A DNA stretch of 64,000 nt, taken from an uncultured Planctomycetaceae bacterium. Its GTDB lineage: Bacteria > Planctomycetota > Planctomycetia > Planctomycetales > Planctomycetaceae. The stretch is taken from assembly GCA_963815195.1 (NCBI GenBank), contig CAWFGE010000008.1, positions 597,290 through 661,289 of the forward strand, given 5' to 3'. Position numbers and translations under genes: made by a program. Positions 48,379 through 59,961 of this stretch are shown here, one piece after another; the stretch's first letter is position 1; every line of letters begins with the position of its first letter. Under the pieces are notes generated by a model. That model worked only from the letters and a program-made list of their open reading frames with translations, made no database searches and had not been told where the DNA came from.

Positions 48379-50328
48379 ATGCTGGTGGCCTCGGGCTTTG
48401 GAAATTCCTCCTCGACTTTTCCCGCCGACTTCAAAGAGCAGGTCCGTTCGCGGACGGACCTGGTGGCTCTGGTCGGCGAAGCGGTGTCCTTGACGCCCAG
48501 AGGCCCGCACGACTACGTCGGCCTCTGCCCGTTCCACGAAGACCACAACCCCTCCTTCCACGTGTACCCGGACCGGCAGGCTTACCGCTGCTGGGTCTGC
48601 GACGAAGGCGGGGATTGTTTTTCGTTCGTGATGAAAATCGACAAGCTCGGCTTTCGCGACGCCCTCGAACAACTCGCCGACCGCGCGAACCTGCCCATGC
48701 CCAAAGGCTACGGGGCGAAAAAGCCGGAAGAAAAAAACCGCCAGGCCCGGCTTCTGGAAATCCTGGCCTGGGCCGAGCAGCGAATGCACCAATGCCTCCT
48801 CGCCGAGCCGGTGGGCGAGCGGGCGAGAAAATACCTGGAAAGCCGGGGCATCACGCGGGAATCAATCAAGAGTTTTCGGTTGGGGTTTCATCCCGACCAT
48901 TGGACCTGGCTGTTGGATCAGGCCCGGCATCTCAGGTATTCCGAGCAGGAACTCTTTCAGGCCCGGCTGGTGCGGGAACGGCAGACCGGCGGGTATTACG
49001 ACGACTTCGTGGGCCGATTGATGTTTCCGATTCGCGACCTTCGCGGCCGGCCGGTGGCGTTTGGGGCACGGGTGCTGCCGGATTCGGAACGCCAGGATCC
49101 CAAGTACCTCAACAGCCCCGAAAGTGAGTTCTTCACAAAAAGCCGGTTGGTTTACGGATTTGAACAAGCCCGCGACACGCTCAAGGAGACCGAGACCGTC
49201 GTGGTGATGGAAGGCAACACCGATGTGATTTTGGCTCATCAGCACGGTTTGACGAATGCGGTCGCCACGTTGGGGACTTCGCTCACGGAACTGCATGTGG
49301 GTTTTTTGAAACGTTTTGCCCGCAAGGTGGTGCTGGTTTTCGACGGCGACGAGGCCGGCCAGAAAGCCGCGGCCCGGGCGGTTGACAAGTTTTTGGCTCA
49401 GGAAGTTGATCTCCGCCTGCTCACATTGCCGGCGGGCTTGGACCCGGCGGATTATTTGAACGAGTTCGGCCTGGAGAAGTTTCAAGGCATTGTGGACGGC
49501 GCGGTCGAGGCCTGGGAGCACAAATTTCAGTTGGCGGTGCAGGACTTCGGCGTCGATTCCGTCGATGCCCGGCAGCGGGTCTTGGATGCGATGCTGACGT
49601 TGATTGCCAGCGTCCCGAATTTTGTGGGGACGCCGCGGGAGACGGTGCTCGTTAGCCGGTTGTCCGGCAGGTTATTGATCGATGAGCGGGGCGTCCGCCA
49701 GCAACTAAAAGAAATGCGAAAACGCGGCGCAAATGCTGCGGGCAAAATGGTTTCCGCTTCGCAGCCCGAACCGGCGGCGCGGACGTTCGACATCAAAAAC
49801 CCCGCCGATGCTGTGGAAGCGGAGGTGCTGGAGATTTTGGTGACGGATCCGGGATTGGTGGAGACGCTTCAGGTCCGGGTGAGTCCGGGGCAGCTGCGAA
49901 ACCCGGTGCTGAGAAGTTTGCTCCAATTGGCTTATGACCTGTGGGAGCGCGGGGAGACGCCGGCGTTCGACAAGCTGATGGCGGATCTGGAAGAGCCGGC
50001 GTTCAAGCAGACCTTGATGCGAATCGATGATTTCGCCAAAGAGAAAAAAATCGGCCCAAAGCTCATTGCCGACAGAACCGCGGCGGGGGCGGAGGGTTCG
50101 ATGGGATATTTGGAGGAAGTGGTTCGGCGTTTGCATCTCCTGGGGGAGCGGCAGAGGTTTGAATCGCTGAAGGGCACCTTGGTGCAAAGCTCAACGCCTC
50201 ACCAGGGGGATTTAAATTTAAAGCCTTCTGCCACGGACGGCCCGCCGTCAGCGGGGGAGCTCAAAAAAGAGCACCTCCACTACTTGTTAGAAGCGCAGAA
50301 GTTTCACGCCAAGCGGGCGAATTCCTGA
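48379..50328 (+). CDS. dnaG: DNA primase
   Basis: CPFHEDHNPSF...CWVC zinc finger, RLMFPI, KYLNSPE, EGNTDV, FDGDEAG, DPAD. Confidence 0.96.
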   Translation: MLVASGFGNSSSTFPADFKEQVRSRTDLVALVGEAVSLTPRGPHDYVGLCPFHEDHNPSFHVYPDRQAYRCWVCDEGGDCFSFVMKIDKLGFRDALEQLADRANLPMPKGYGAKKPEEKNRQARLLEILAWAEQRMHQCLLAEPVGERARKYLESRGITRESIKSFRLGFHPDHWTWLLDQARHLRYSEQELFQARLVRERQTGGYYDDFVGRLMFPIRDLRGRPVAFGARVLPDSERQDPKYLNSPESEFFTKSRLVYGFEQARDTLKETETVVVMEGNTDVILAHQHGLTNAVATLGTSLTELHVGFLKRFARKVVLVFDGDEAGQKAAARAVDKFLAQEVDLRLLTLPAGLDPADYLNEFGLEKFQGIVDGAVEAWEHKFQLAVQDFGVDSVDARQRVLDAMLTLIASVPNFVGTPRETVLVSRLSGRLLIDERGVRQQLKEMRKRGANAAGKMVSASQPEPAARTFDIKNPADAVEAEVLEILVTDPGLVETLQVRVSPGQLRNPVLRSLLQLAYDLWERGETPAFDKLMADLEEPAFKQTLMRIDDFAKEKKIGPKLIADRTAAGAEGSMGYLEEVVRRLHLLGERQRFESLKGTLVQSSTPHQGDLNLKPSATDGPPSAGELKKEHLHYLLEAQKFHAKRANS

Positions 50329-50493
50329 TTTCTCTCCATGCAGTCCGGCGAGGGATACCGGATGCGGGCCGTTCGGTTTTTTTGAGGAAGAATTGGCATT
50401 TTTTTCAAACCCGGGTGAAACGCCCAGGTGAGAACGGTCAATTTTTACCAGGGCCCCATGCGAGAATCCTACCGACCTTTGGGAGGTTTAAGA

Positions 50494-52141
<1,648 letters not shown>

Positions 52142-52156
52142 CCCAAACAACTCTTC

Positions 52157-52190
52157 AAAAAGCGCCCCGGTCTTCGGGCCGGCGTTTTTT
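52157..52190. terminator. Probable terminator between convergent rpoD and enolase-family gene
   Basis: AAAAAGCGCC...GGCGTTTTTT imperfect hairpin. Confidence 0.6.
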
Positions 52191-52205
52191 GTTTTGCGCG
52201 TGGTT

Positions 52206-53558
52206 TTAAAAACCTAAACCGATGCCGGTTAACAGGCCGGTTTCTACCGTGCCGTCGGTGATGTTGAACATGCCGGGGAACCGCTTGGCCCATTCTTTGT
52301 TGGGGGCGGGGCAGTATTGGCGGGCGTTGCCTTCGATGGCGGCGACGCCGGGAATGCGGGCGGCCAGGCTCGCCGATTGCAGGAAGGAAAACCCGGGGCA
52401 GGTCAAATCCTGCACGCAGAGGAACATCCCGAACTTCTGAGCGGCCGCCGCCATCAACAGCGAATCGGTTTGGCCTTTGCAGGCTTTGAGGGCCACGCCG
52501 GAGTAACCCATCTCCCGGCTGAGGAGCAGGGCGTCGTAATCGACGAGCGACTCATCGATCACGACCGGCTTGAGCTTCGCGGCTTCGTGCATGCGGTTGT
52601 CGGGATGGGCTTTGAGATCGCGGTGCGTGGGCTGTTCGATGTATTGGATCCGGTCGTAAGCCGCGGGGGACAGCTCTTTGATCCGCTTCAAAAACTCGAG
52701 CACGTAACCGACGTTCTCGCATTTCTCGTTGAAGTCGCAGGAATAAAACCATTCCCGGCAGCCGCGGGCGGCCTGGGCCTCGGCGGCGACTTTCTCGACC
52801 GCGAGCACGCGGTCCACGTCCCAATCGATGTTATCGCCCGCGAGCTTGATTTTGAGGTGCGTGAGGCCGTCGGCGTGGATCCATTCGCCCAACGTTTCCG
52901 GGAGGCCGTCGCCGATCCGCTTTTCGATGTCGCCTGCGGTCAAGGGATCGAGCGCCCCGATCAAATGGTACAAAGGCAGCCGGGGCTTGGGTTCGCGGAG
53001 GGTGTATTTGTCGAGATATTCCCCCGCGAACTGGTCGTCGAGATATTCCGAGAGGTCGTATGTCATGAACTCTTCCGAGAGCATGTTGAAGCAGTTCATC
53101 TCGTGCGCACGGCCGTAGGCATCGTGCAGGGCGGCGTCGAAGGGGCTGGCGGCGACGAGCACGGCGAGTTCCGGAACCTGCTCCTCGACGCCGAGCCGCT
53201 GGGGCAGCGTGCGGGCCAGATGGAAATACTCGCCGGAGAGATGGTAGGTCAGGTCGATCGGATGGCCGAACTCCGGGTAGTCGTTGGCGAGTTCCACGAC
53301 TTCCTGGGCGAAGGTGGTCATCACCTTTTCGGTGAGGTCGGCGGAGGTTTTGCCGCCGGGCCAGGCCCAGATGTTGCCCACGGGCATGCTGCCGAGCCCG
53401 TGGGCCATGTGGCCGTCCCGCGTTTCCACGGTCACCTGAATGTCGATCAGAAATGTCTTATCGACAATTCTCCCCCCAAATTTCAGCGGAGCACGAAAGG
53501 CGACCGGTTTGAGCTGGCAAACGGCCTCCACAATCCGAACGTCGTTGGGGTGAGTCAT
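52206..53558 (-). CDS. Mandelate racemase/muconate lactonising (enolase superfamily) protein
   Basis: HLKIKL, DFNE, IEQP, IDESL, ALKACKG. Confidence 0.85.
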   Translation of the reverse strand: MTHPNDVRIVEAVCQLKPVAFRAPLKFGGRIVDKTFLIDIQVTVETRDGHMAHGLGSMPVGNIWAWPGGKTSADLTEKVMTTFAQEVVELANDYPEFGHPIDLTYHLSGEYFHLARTLPQRLGVEEQVPELAVLVAASPFDAALHDAYGRAHEMNCFNMLSEEFMTYDLSEYLDDQFAGEYLDKYTLREPKPRLPLYHLIGALDPLTAGDIEKRIGDGLPETLGEWIHADGLTHLKIKLAGDNIDWDVDRVLAVEKVAAEAQAARGCREWFYSCDFNEKCENVGYVLEFLKRIKELSPAAYDRIQYIEQPTHRDLKAHPDNRMHEAAKLKPVVIDESLVDYDALLLSREMGYSGVALKACKGQTDSLLMAAAAQKFGMFLCVQDLTCPGFSFLQSASLAARIPGVAAIEGNARQYCPAPNKEWAKRFPGMFNITDGTVETGLLTGIGLGF

Positions 53559-53688
53559 GACCTTAAGTTTTAGGAGGAAGATGAGTTAGGAGAAACGAAG
53601 TCCAATTTCCATCGCAATCTTAAACTGACCCGCCGAATTGTTCAAGAAAATTTCGCAAAAACAATTGTTGATGGGTTCCCCCGAAACG

Positions 53689-54901
53689 TCAAACGGCATC
53701 AATTCTCGGAAACGAAACCCGTTGTCCCGCGCGTTCGAAATGGATTTGGAGTTCTTCGAGGCGTTCGTGGAGTTTCGATCGCGCGCCGGTTTCGGTCGCT
53801 CCCGCCGTCAGCAATGTGCACACCGGATGCCCCTCCCGGATGAAACTTCCCGCCGCCGGCCGATCTGCGAGCACGGAAAGTTCGGGAAGCCGCGGATCGC
53901 AAAGGTCGATCCATTCCCCCCAACCCGGCACCGTCAAATCGCGCTCTGCATAGACGACCGCTTTGCCGAGGATGTTTGACGAGTCAGGGGGAAGCGATCG
54001 CAAAACTTCAATCGCGATCCCGCCTTCAAAAATCGACCGATGCGAACCCAACAGCGAAATGCCGAGCGCCTGCTCGTAAATCTCGACGGTCGCGGTGTAG
54101 CGGGGATTGATTTCGGTCACCCACGCCGTGGATTGATCCAACACAAAATCGAGGCCCCACAGCCCCAAAAGCCCGAACCGCTCCGCGAGAACGCGGCCGA
54201 TGGTCTCGATCCGGTTTTCGCAGTCGGCGGGCAAAGACACCGGGCCGACCGCGCCGCCAAAGCCAAACGGGTTTGCGGGATTCGTGCCGGTCCACAATCG
54301 GCAGCAGCCCGCGAGAGAACTCTGATTTTCGGCAGACACGAACAAGGCCGACATCGATTCGCCTTCCGCGCACTGTTGAAAGCGATGGGGCTTCCGCAGG
54401 GCCGCTTGCACTTCGGGCCGACGGACCGAGTTTTCATCCCACACAAAAACGCCCTGCCCTCCCGCGCTCCGGATTGGTTTGAGCATCCACCCTCCGTCGG
54501 CGGCGGGCGGGTTCTTGCCGTCCCAAATTGTCAACGCGCGGAGTTCCGCTTCTTTCAACACCTGCTGGAGCCGGCGCGGATTGCGGACTTGCCGAACCAC
54601 GTCTGCGGAGTTTCCCCAATGGGGGCGGGTGTTTGAGAGGCGTTTGATGAGCCGGGGATGATTCTCCACCGCACCGGTTTCCAACCAGGGCATGTGGGGC
54701 CAGTCGGCGATCGCGGCGGGGAGTTCGCGGTAGTGGGAAATCTTCCGATAGGCCGCGGCGGATCGGGCGGTGTCCTCATCGCCGAACAAATCGACCGCCC
54801 AAGGCCTGAGCCCCGCCCGCACCGCCGACTGCACCGCCGCCCGCGCTCGCCCCCACAATCAGCACATCCGCCGCATTCGATGTTGTCGGTTTGTGAAACA
54901 T
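53689..54901 (-). CDS. ATP-grasp carboligase (COG2232-like), frameshift about 54845
   Basis: VLIVGAS|RAAVQSA, VDLFGDED, LKPIRSAGGQG, GLDFV, EINPRYTA, GHPVCT. Confidence 0.8.
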
Positions 54902-54975
54902 GGTCTGATGTCCGATGGTCCGAACCTGCAGAAACCTTTAGACTGGATGGAATCGGCCCCGTTCTTGCACGGGCC

Positions 54976-55014
54976 ATTATAAAATCATGATTCTGTGCAC
55001 CATGATTTTGTAAT
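54976..55014. promoter_or_regulatory. AT-rich inverted repeat between divergent genes
   Basis: ATTATAAAATCATG-N11-CATGATTTTGTAAT (13/14 match). Confidence 0.45.
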
Positions 55015-55068
55015 AATTTGTAATAAATTGTCACTTGTCCCGCCTTCCACCTTCGCCCCCTGATCTTC

Positions 55069-55797
55069 ATGTCGCGACTTCGGTTTCTGCTTCTCCAAAC
55101 CCGCAATGCGGATGATCCCATGCGGCAGCATGAGGTGTCGAGCTTTGCACGGGCGCTCGAGGCGGACGAAGATCAGATCCGCGTCTTCGACTTGTTGAGC
55201 CATGCCCTCAAGCGGGTGCATCTTGCCGATGTGGACATGGTGCTGCTTGGTGGCAGCGGACATTATTCGGCGACCGCCGAGGAAGAAGCGTGGCTCGAGC
55301 GGGCTCTCGATTCACTGCGGCTGGTGTATGATCTCGCCGTGCCCACGTTTGCTTCGTGTTGGGGGTTTCAGGCGATGGCGCGGGCGATGGGCGGACGTGT
55401 CGTCAAGGATCTCAGCCGGGCGGAAATCGGCACGCACAAGTTATGGCTCACCGCCGACGGCCGGAGCGATCCCGTGTTCGGGCCGTTGGGGGATGTGTTT
55501 TTCGGCCAGATGGGTCACGAGGACGTGGTCACCCGATTGCCGGGGGGAGCGGTGCGGCTGGCCCATTCCGATCGCGTCGAGAACCAGGCCTATTGTTTTC
55601 CCGACCGGCCGATTTATTGCACGCAGTTTCATCCCGAACTGAACTGCGGCGACCTGTTGAAGCGGGTGGTGCACTATCCCGATTACATCCGCAAAATCGC
55701 CGGCATGGAACCGGACCGGTTCACCGAGCTCATCCACGAAACCCCGGAAACGGAAACCCTCTTAAAACGCTTCGTCGAGACGTTCGTGTCTCCATGA
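55069..55797 (+). CDS. Type 1 glutamine amidotransferase (stand-alone)
   Basis: GGSG, SCWGFQ, QFHPE catalytic-triad motifs. Confidence 0.9.
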   Translation: MSRLRFLLLQTRNADDPMRQHEVSSFARALEADEDQIRVFDLLSHALKRVHLADVDMVLLGGSGHYSATAEEEAWLERALDSLRLVYDLAVPTFASCWGFQAMARAMGGRVVKDLSRAEIGTHKLWLTADGRSDPVFGPLGDVFFGQMGHEDVVTRLPGGAVRLAHSDRVENQAYCFPDRPIYCTQFHPELNCGDLLKRVVHYPDYIRKIAGMEPDRFTELIHETPETETLLKRFVETFVSP

Positions 55798-55809
55798 TCA
55801 GTGGGATAT

Positions 55810-56670
55810 TCAATCCCCCGGGGCCAAGAGCAGGCCCACGAGCAGGTCGTAGGCGGCGTGGGTGCCGACGGTGACGCCGAACCCGCGCATCACGAACAGC
55901 CCGGCGAAAAACAGCCCGGCCAGCGTGCGAAACGTGAAGGGAAACAGGCGGAGGGTTTCGCCCGTGGGGCCGACGTGATGGGCCACGGCGAACAAGAGGC
56001 TCGTGGAGATCACCGCGAGCGCCGCGGCCCAGAGTTTGGTGAGGTTCAATAGGCGGAAGATTCCAAAGCAGGCCGGCAACAGGCACAGGCGAAACAGGAC
56101 TTCCTCGTAAATGCCCGCCCCCACAAACGTCACGGCTTGGGCGGCCGTTTCGCTGCGGATCGAAGCGGGCTTCGCGGCCGAGCTTTGCACCGCCAGGGCC
56201 ACTTCCGGGTTTCCGAGCCTCTCAAACGCGAGGTCCTGCAGCTGCCCGGCGACGATCAACGCGAACGCAAACAGCAGGCTTTCGGCGAACATGCCCATTA
56301 ACGTCTCCGCGGAGACTTTCCAGGGGTGCTTCACCGACAAATGCCAACCCAAGAGCACCGCCACCACCAAGGCCGGCAGGACGAAGCCGAACGGCACGCC
56401 CAAGGATTCGAGCCAGCCGCGCATCCAGGCGTCGGCCCCGTTGCGGACCGCGGCGGAAAGATCGCCGCCGAACCAGATCACGCCCGCTTCGTAAATCGCC
56501 AACAAGGGCAGCAAAAATACCAACGACGCGAGCGGTCGGCGGGCCTGCATCCAATAATCCTCTTCGAGGGGCGGTTCTTTCTCGCTGTCTTCGCGGGCCT
56601 TCCGTTCCGCCTCGCAAGCGGGACAATGGCAGCAATGGCAGGTGCGGCGGATCGGAGGAACCTGGCTCAC
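55810..56670 (-). CDS. CPBP (CAAX/Abi) intramembrane glutamic protease
   Basis: YEEVLFR, FAVAHH, HAAYD; GTG start chosen downstream of a REP pair. Confidence 0.85.
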   Translation of the reverse strand: MSQVPPIRRTCHCCHCPACEAERKAREDSEKEPPLEEDYWMQARRPLASLVFLLPLLAIYEAGVIWFGGDLSAAVRNGADAWMRGWLESLGVPFGFVLPALVVAVLLGWHLSVKHPWKVSAETLMGMFAESLLFAFALIVAGQLQDLAFERLGNPEVALAVQSSAAKPASIRSETAAQAVTFVGAGIYEEVLFRLCLLPACFGIFRLLNLTKLWAAALAVISTSLLFAVAHHVGPTGETLRLFPFTFRTLAGLFFAGLFVMRGFGVTVGTHAAYDLLVGLLLAPGD

Positions 56671-56696
56671 GGCAAAAGGCAATTCCGGCTGAAAAT

Positions 56697-56801
56697 GTCG
56701 CCCTTCGCTCCGCGAAGAGAGCGGATTGGTTGTTCGACGAGGTATGGAATCCAAACTTCGATTGAAAATCTTCGCGCGCCCTTCGCGGAGCGAAGGGCGA
56801 C
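56697..56801. repeat. REP-like inverted pair (GTCGCCCTTCGCTCCGCGAAG)
   Basis: Arm and exact reverse complement CTTCGCGGAGCGAAGGGCGAC. Confidence 0.8.
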
Positions 56802-56825
56802 TTTCCCCGCTTATGGGACAGACTC

Positions 56826-58097
56826 TTAACCCTTGGGATCGCGGTGGACGGCGCGGTTAAGGCGGCTCGCCAGCGTTTGTTGGGCCGACCGCGAAAACGC
56901 TTTGTAGCGCGAAAACATAAAGTGCGGCGGGGCCAATTCCTCTTCGCCCGCATGCAGCATCCAACGCTGTTGCAACCAGGCCTCCGCCGAGAACGGCTGA
57001 CCGGTCGCGATCGCACGGTCGCAGGCATTGGGCAGTTCGCGATCGAGCGCTTCGAGCAGACTCACCGTGGCGGCCGTGCTCCACGCGCCCTGGGCCGATT
57101 CCAAAAACAGCTGAAAGCCCGCTTCGAGACAAGCCGCCTCCACGCCCGCGGCATCGGCCGGCTGGCGGGACGCGAGCTCCTGAAACCGCACCAGGCTCGC
57201 CAAGAGTTGGACCTCTTTGGATTCTTTATGCCTCGAGAGGCCGTGCGGATAGCCCGTGCCGTCGAGCCGTTCGTGATGCTGGGCGATCAAAAACGAAAGC
57301 TCGATCGCATAACCCCCGACGCCCGCCGCGAGTCCCGCTCCCACCGAGGGATGCCGGCGATAGGTGCCCTGATGGCGGGTTTCCAACTCGGAAGGTCGTT
57401 TCTGGGTCGTGCGTTCCAGCCGCAAAAAGCCGATGTCCTGGAGCAATGCCGCGACGATCAACAGCTCCAGCCGATCCCGCCAGTCGGCGTGATGGGCGCC
57501 CAGCCAGCCGACCAGCCGGGCCGTTTGCAGGCCGGCGGCGTACACCTCCGGTTCCGATTTCCAAATCCGCGGCGCGAGGCAATCGCTGAGTTTCAAACCC
57601 GGCACGGGCATCCACAGGGCGAGTTCCGGACGGGGCCGCATTTCCAACTGAATCCGCCGGGCCAGGCTCACCAGCCACACGGGAGAGATCGTCTCGCCGG
57701 TCACCAGCTTGACGACGGCGTCGTGCAGTTCCTCGGCATAGGTGACGGTCGAATCCACCAACTCCAACTGGGCGGTCGCGCGGTCGAGCAGCAGCGAGTT
57801 CAGGTCCAACAGCACCGAGAGCGCGCTCTGTGGGGCCAACTGCGATTGGCCCTGGCGTTCGTTTTCGAGTTCGCCATAGATGAGTTTGGAGACTTCCAAA
57901 GCCCGCACCGCCTGCCGATGGATGGCCGCCAGATGCGGCGCTCGCAGGCGACCGTTCGTGAGGATGGGGTGCCAACGGTGGCTAAGCTGGCCGAACCGCT
58001 GCCGAAGCCCGGCGTAGTCCTCGGCGTGATCAAAGGCGTCCCCGGTCCGCACGCGCTGGTTGTTGATCCAGTTCGCCACGTCGTCGTGCGAACTCAT
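56826..58097 (-). CDS. Degenerate HD-GYP domain protein
   Basis: LLQDIG (HD replaced by QD), HP, HHERLDGTGYPHGL. Confidence 0.8.
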   Translation of the reverse strand: MSSHDDVANWINNQRVRTGDAFDHAEDYAGLRQRFGQLSHRWHPILTNGRLRAPHLAAIHRQAVRALEVSKLIYGELENERQGQSQLAPQSALSVLLDLNSLLLDRATAQLELVDSTVTYAEELHDAVVKLVTGETISPVWLVSLARRIQLEMRPRPELALWMPVPGLKLSDCLAPRIWKSEPEVYAAGLQTARLVGWLGAHHADWRDRLELLIVAALLQDIGFLRLERTTQKRPSELETRHQGTYRRHPSVGAGLAAGVGGYAIELSFLIAQHHERLDGTGYPHGLSRHKESKEVQLLASLVRFQELASRQPADAAGVEAACLEAGFQLFLESAQGAWSTAATVSLLEALDRELPNACDRAIATGQPFSAEAWLQQRWMLHAGEEELAPPHFMFSRYKAFSRSAQQTLASRLNRAVHRDPKG

Positions 58098-58296
58098 CAA
58101 GAAACACCGGGGTGACAAGCTTTCGAGAGCTGGGGGCACAGCAGCATCCTGCGAAAAGGTCCGAAGAAATCGCACAGCCCCCTAATCCTCAAGATCGGCC
58201 GGATCCCGCTGAGGAATTGAGTCAAATTCCTTCTTTTTCTCAAGATTTTCGCCCCGCGGACCGCATCAGCGGGTTTGTCCCCTCTCCTTTGTTTCA

Positions 58297-58546
58297 ATTA
58301 GCCCGAAGCGCAAGCGAGGAATTATCGATGAACGCTCTCTGTCCCTTTTGGGGATTCTTGTGATCTGGGTCGCATGCTCACGGCTTTGCGTGAGCATGCG
58401 AGAGGCTCTCAAATCCCAGGACATGCTCATGCAAAGCCATGAGCATGGCACCCTCGACTTACCACAACATCTTGTGCCTGAATTTTCACTTCAGCCAAAG
58501 TGGCGAAGAAATTAAATAATTTCCCTCGCTGGCGCTTCGGGCGAAT
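58297..58546. repeat. Nested REP cluster: outer GCCCGAAGCGCAAGCGAGG pair enclosing an inner CATGCTCA...TGAGCATG pair
   Basis: Outer arms 58297-58319 and 58524-58546; inner arms 58367-58398 and 58422-58453. Confidence 0.8.
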
Positions 58547-58558
58547 GAATAATGCAGG

Positions 58559-59839
58559 TTAGCTTCGAAACAAATACCACGACATCGCCGCCAGCGTGAC
58601 CGCCAAGGCCAAAAGCATCGCGGCCGCGAAGCCCAGCGGCGTATCCAAGAAGTTCAAGAAGCCCGCCCGCTTCTCCGGAGCCCGCGCGGGTTCGGCCATT
58701 GGGGCCGGGGCTGGAGCCGCGTTTTTTGATTGCGCTAATGGGGCGGGAGCGGCGGTTTCCGCCGCGGGAGTTGGTTTTGCCGCTTTGCGGGGCTTCGGCT
58801 GCGGTTTGTCGAGGGATTCCAAATCCGCGATCACATCGTCCATCGATTGGTAGCGGTCTTCCGGATCCTTGGCGACCATGAACTGGAAAATCTCGTCCAA
58901 CAGCGCCGGAACTTCCGGCCGGGCGTCGCGAAGAGACGGGATCGGACTTTCGCGGTGCGCGATGATTTTCCCGACGATCGAATCCGACTCGTAAATCGGC
59001 CGGCCCGTCAGCAGGTGATACAGCGTCGCCCCCAGGCTGTAAATGTCCGCCCGGTGGTCGGCGGCTTTGGAATCCATCGTCTGTTCCGGAGGCATGTAAT
59101 CCACCGTGCCCATGATGCTCCCGGTCTGCGTGAGGTTGGCTTCCCCGGACGAATCCTCGAGCCGGGCGAGGCCCATGTCCAGAATCTTGATGACGCCCTC
59201 TTTGTTGAGCAACAGATTCGCCGGTTTGATGTCGCGGTGCACAATCCGCATCGCATGGGCGTGGGCCAGACCGCGGGCGGCTTGCAGCACATAATCCACC
59301 GCCTGTTTCACCGGCAGCGGCTTGCCGCGCTGGATCGGCACCGACAGATCGTATCCGTCGACGTATTCCAGAATCAGAAAGCAAGCCCCCTTGTCTTCGC
59401 CGGCATCGAACGCCGTGACGATATTCGGATGCGACACCCGCGACATGGCTTCGACTTCGCGGTGGAACCTTTTGGCCGCGGTCTCGTTTTGGAGCATGGC
59501 GGGCGGCATCATTTTGAGGGCGACCGGGCGGGTCATCCGCCGATGCCGGGCCCGAAACACCATCCCGTTCGCCCCCTGGCCGATTTCCTCGAGCACGAGG
59601 TAATTCCCCAGAACCAGCCCCTTGACGTGTCCCTGGCGGACCCGCCCGTCCTGGAAATCCGTCAGCCGACCCGCGTGTTTGAGAGCCGCCGCCAGCCCGT
59701 CCACGGCATCGGGCGCCTGCCGGTCGGGCAGTTGCCGCACGAACTCTTTCACCTCCTCGACGCTCAGCAAGGTGCTGTCAACGAGCCGCTGCGCATATTC
59801 CTGAAGCGAAAGAGTCACGGAACGATCCTGAGTGAGCAT
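58559..59839 (-). CDS. Ser/Thr protein kinase with C-terminal TM anchor
   Basis: [41 protein letters not shown]. Confidence 0.93.
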   Translation of the reverse strand: MLTQDRSVTLSLQEYAQRLVDSTLLSVEEVKEFVRQLPDRQAPDAVDGLAAALKHAGRLTDFQDGRVRQGHVKGLVLGNYLVLEEIGQGANGMVFRARHRRMTRPVALKMMPPAMLQNETAAKRFHREVEAMSRVSHPNIVTAFDAGEDKGACFLILEYVDGYDLSVPIQRGKPLPVKQAVDYVLQAARGLAHAHAMRIVHRDIKPANLLLNKEGVIKILDMGLARLEDSSGEANLTQTGSIMGTVDYMPPEQTMDSKAADHRADIYSLGATLYHLLTGRPIYESDSIVGKIIAHRESPIPSLRDARPEVPALLDEIFQFMVAKDPEDRYQSMDDVIADLESLDKPQPKPRKAAKPTPAAETAAPAPLAQSKNAAPAPAPMAEPARAPEKRAGFLNFLDTPLGFAAAMLLALAVTLAAMSWYLFRS

Positions 59840-59961
59840 GGGTGAGGGCTGCTTTCGAGAAGTGAGAATAAGCGGAAGAAGCGGTTTTTGGCAAGCGGTC
59901 GCAACGGCGGCTGGAACCCGCCGCCACGGAAAAAATTGCAGCCGCGGAGCGATGGGCCATA

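Noticed and set aside
49205..49225. DnaG TOPRIM motif EGNTD instead of EGYxD
   Set aside because: A single-base difference (AAC versus TAC) in an error-prone assembly; the catalytic acidic residues are intact
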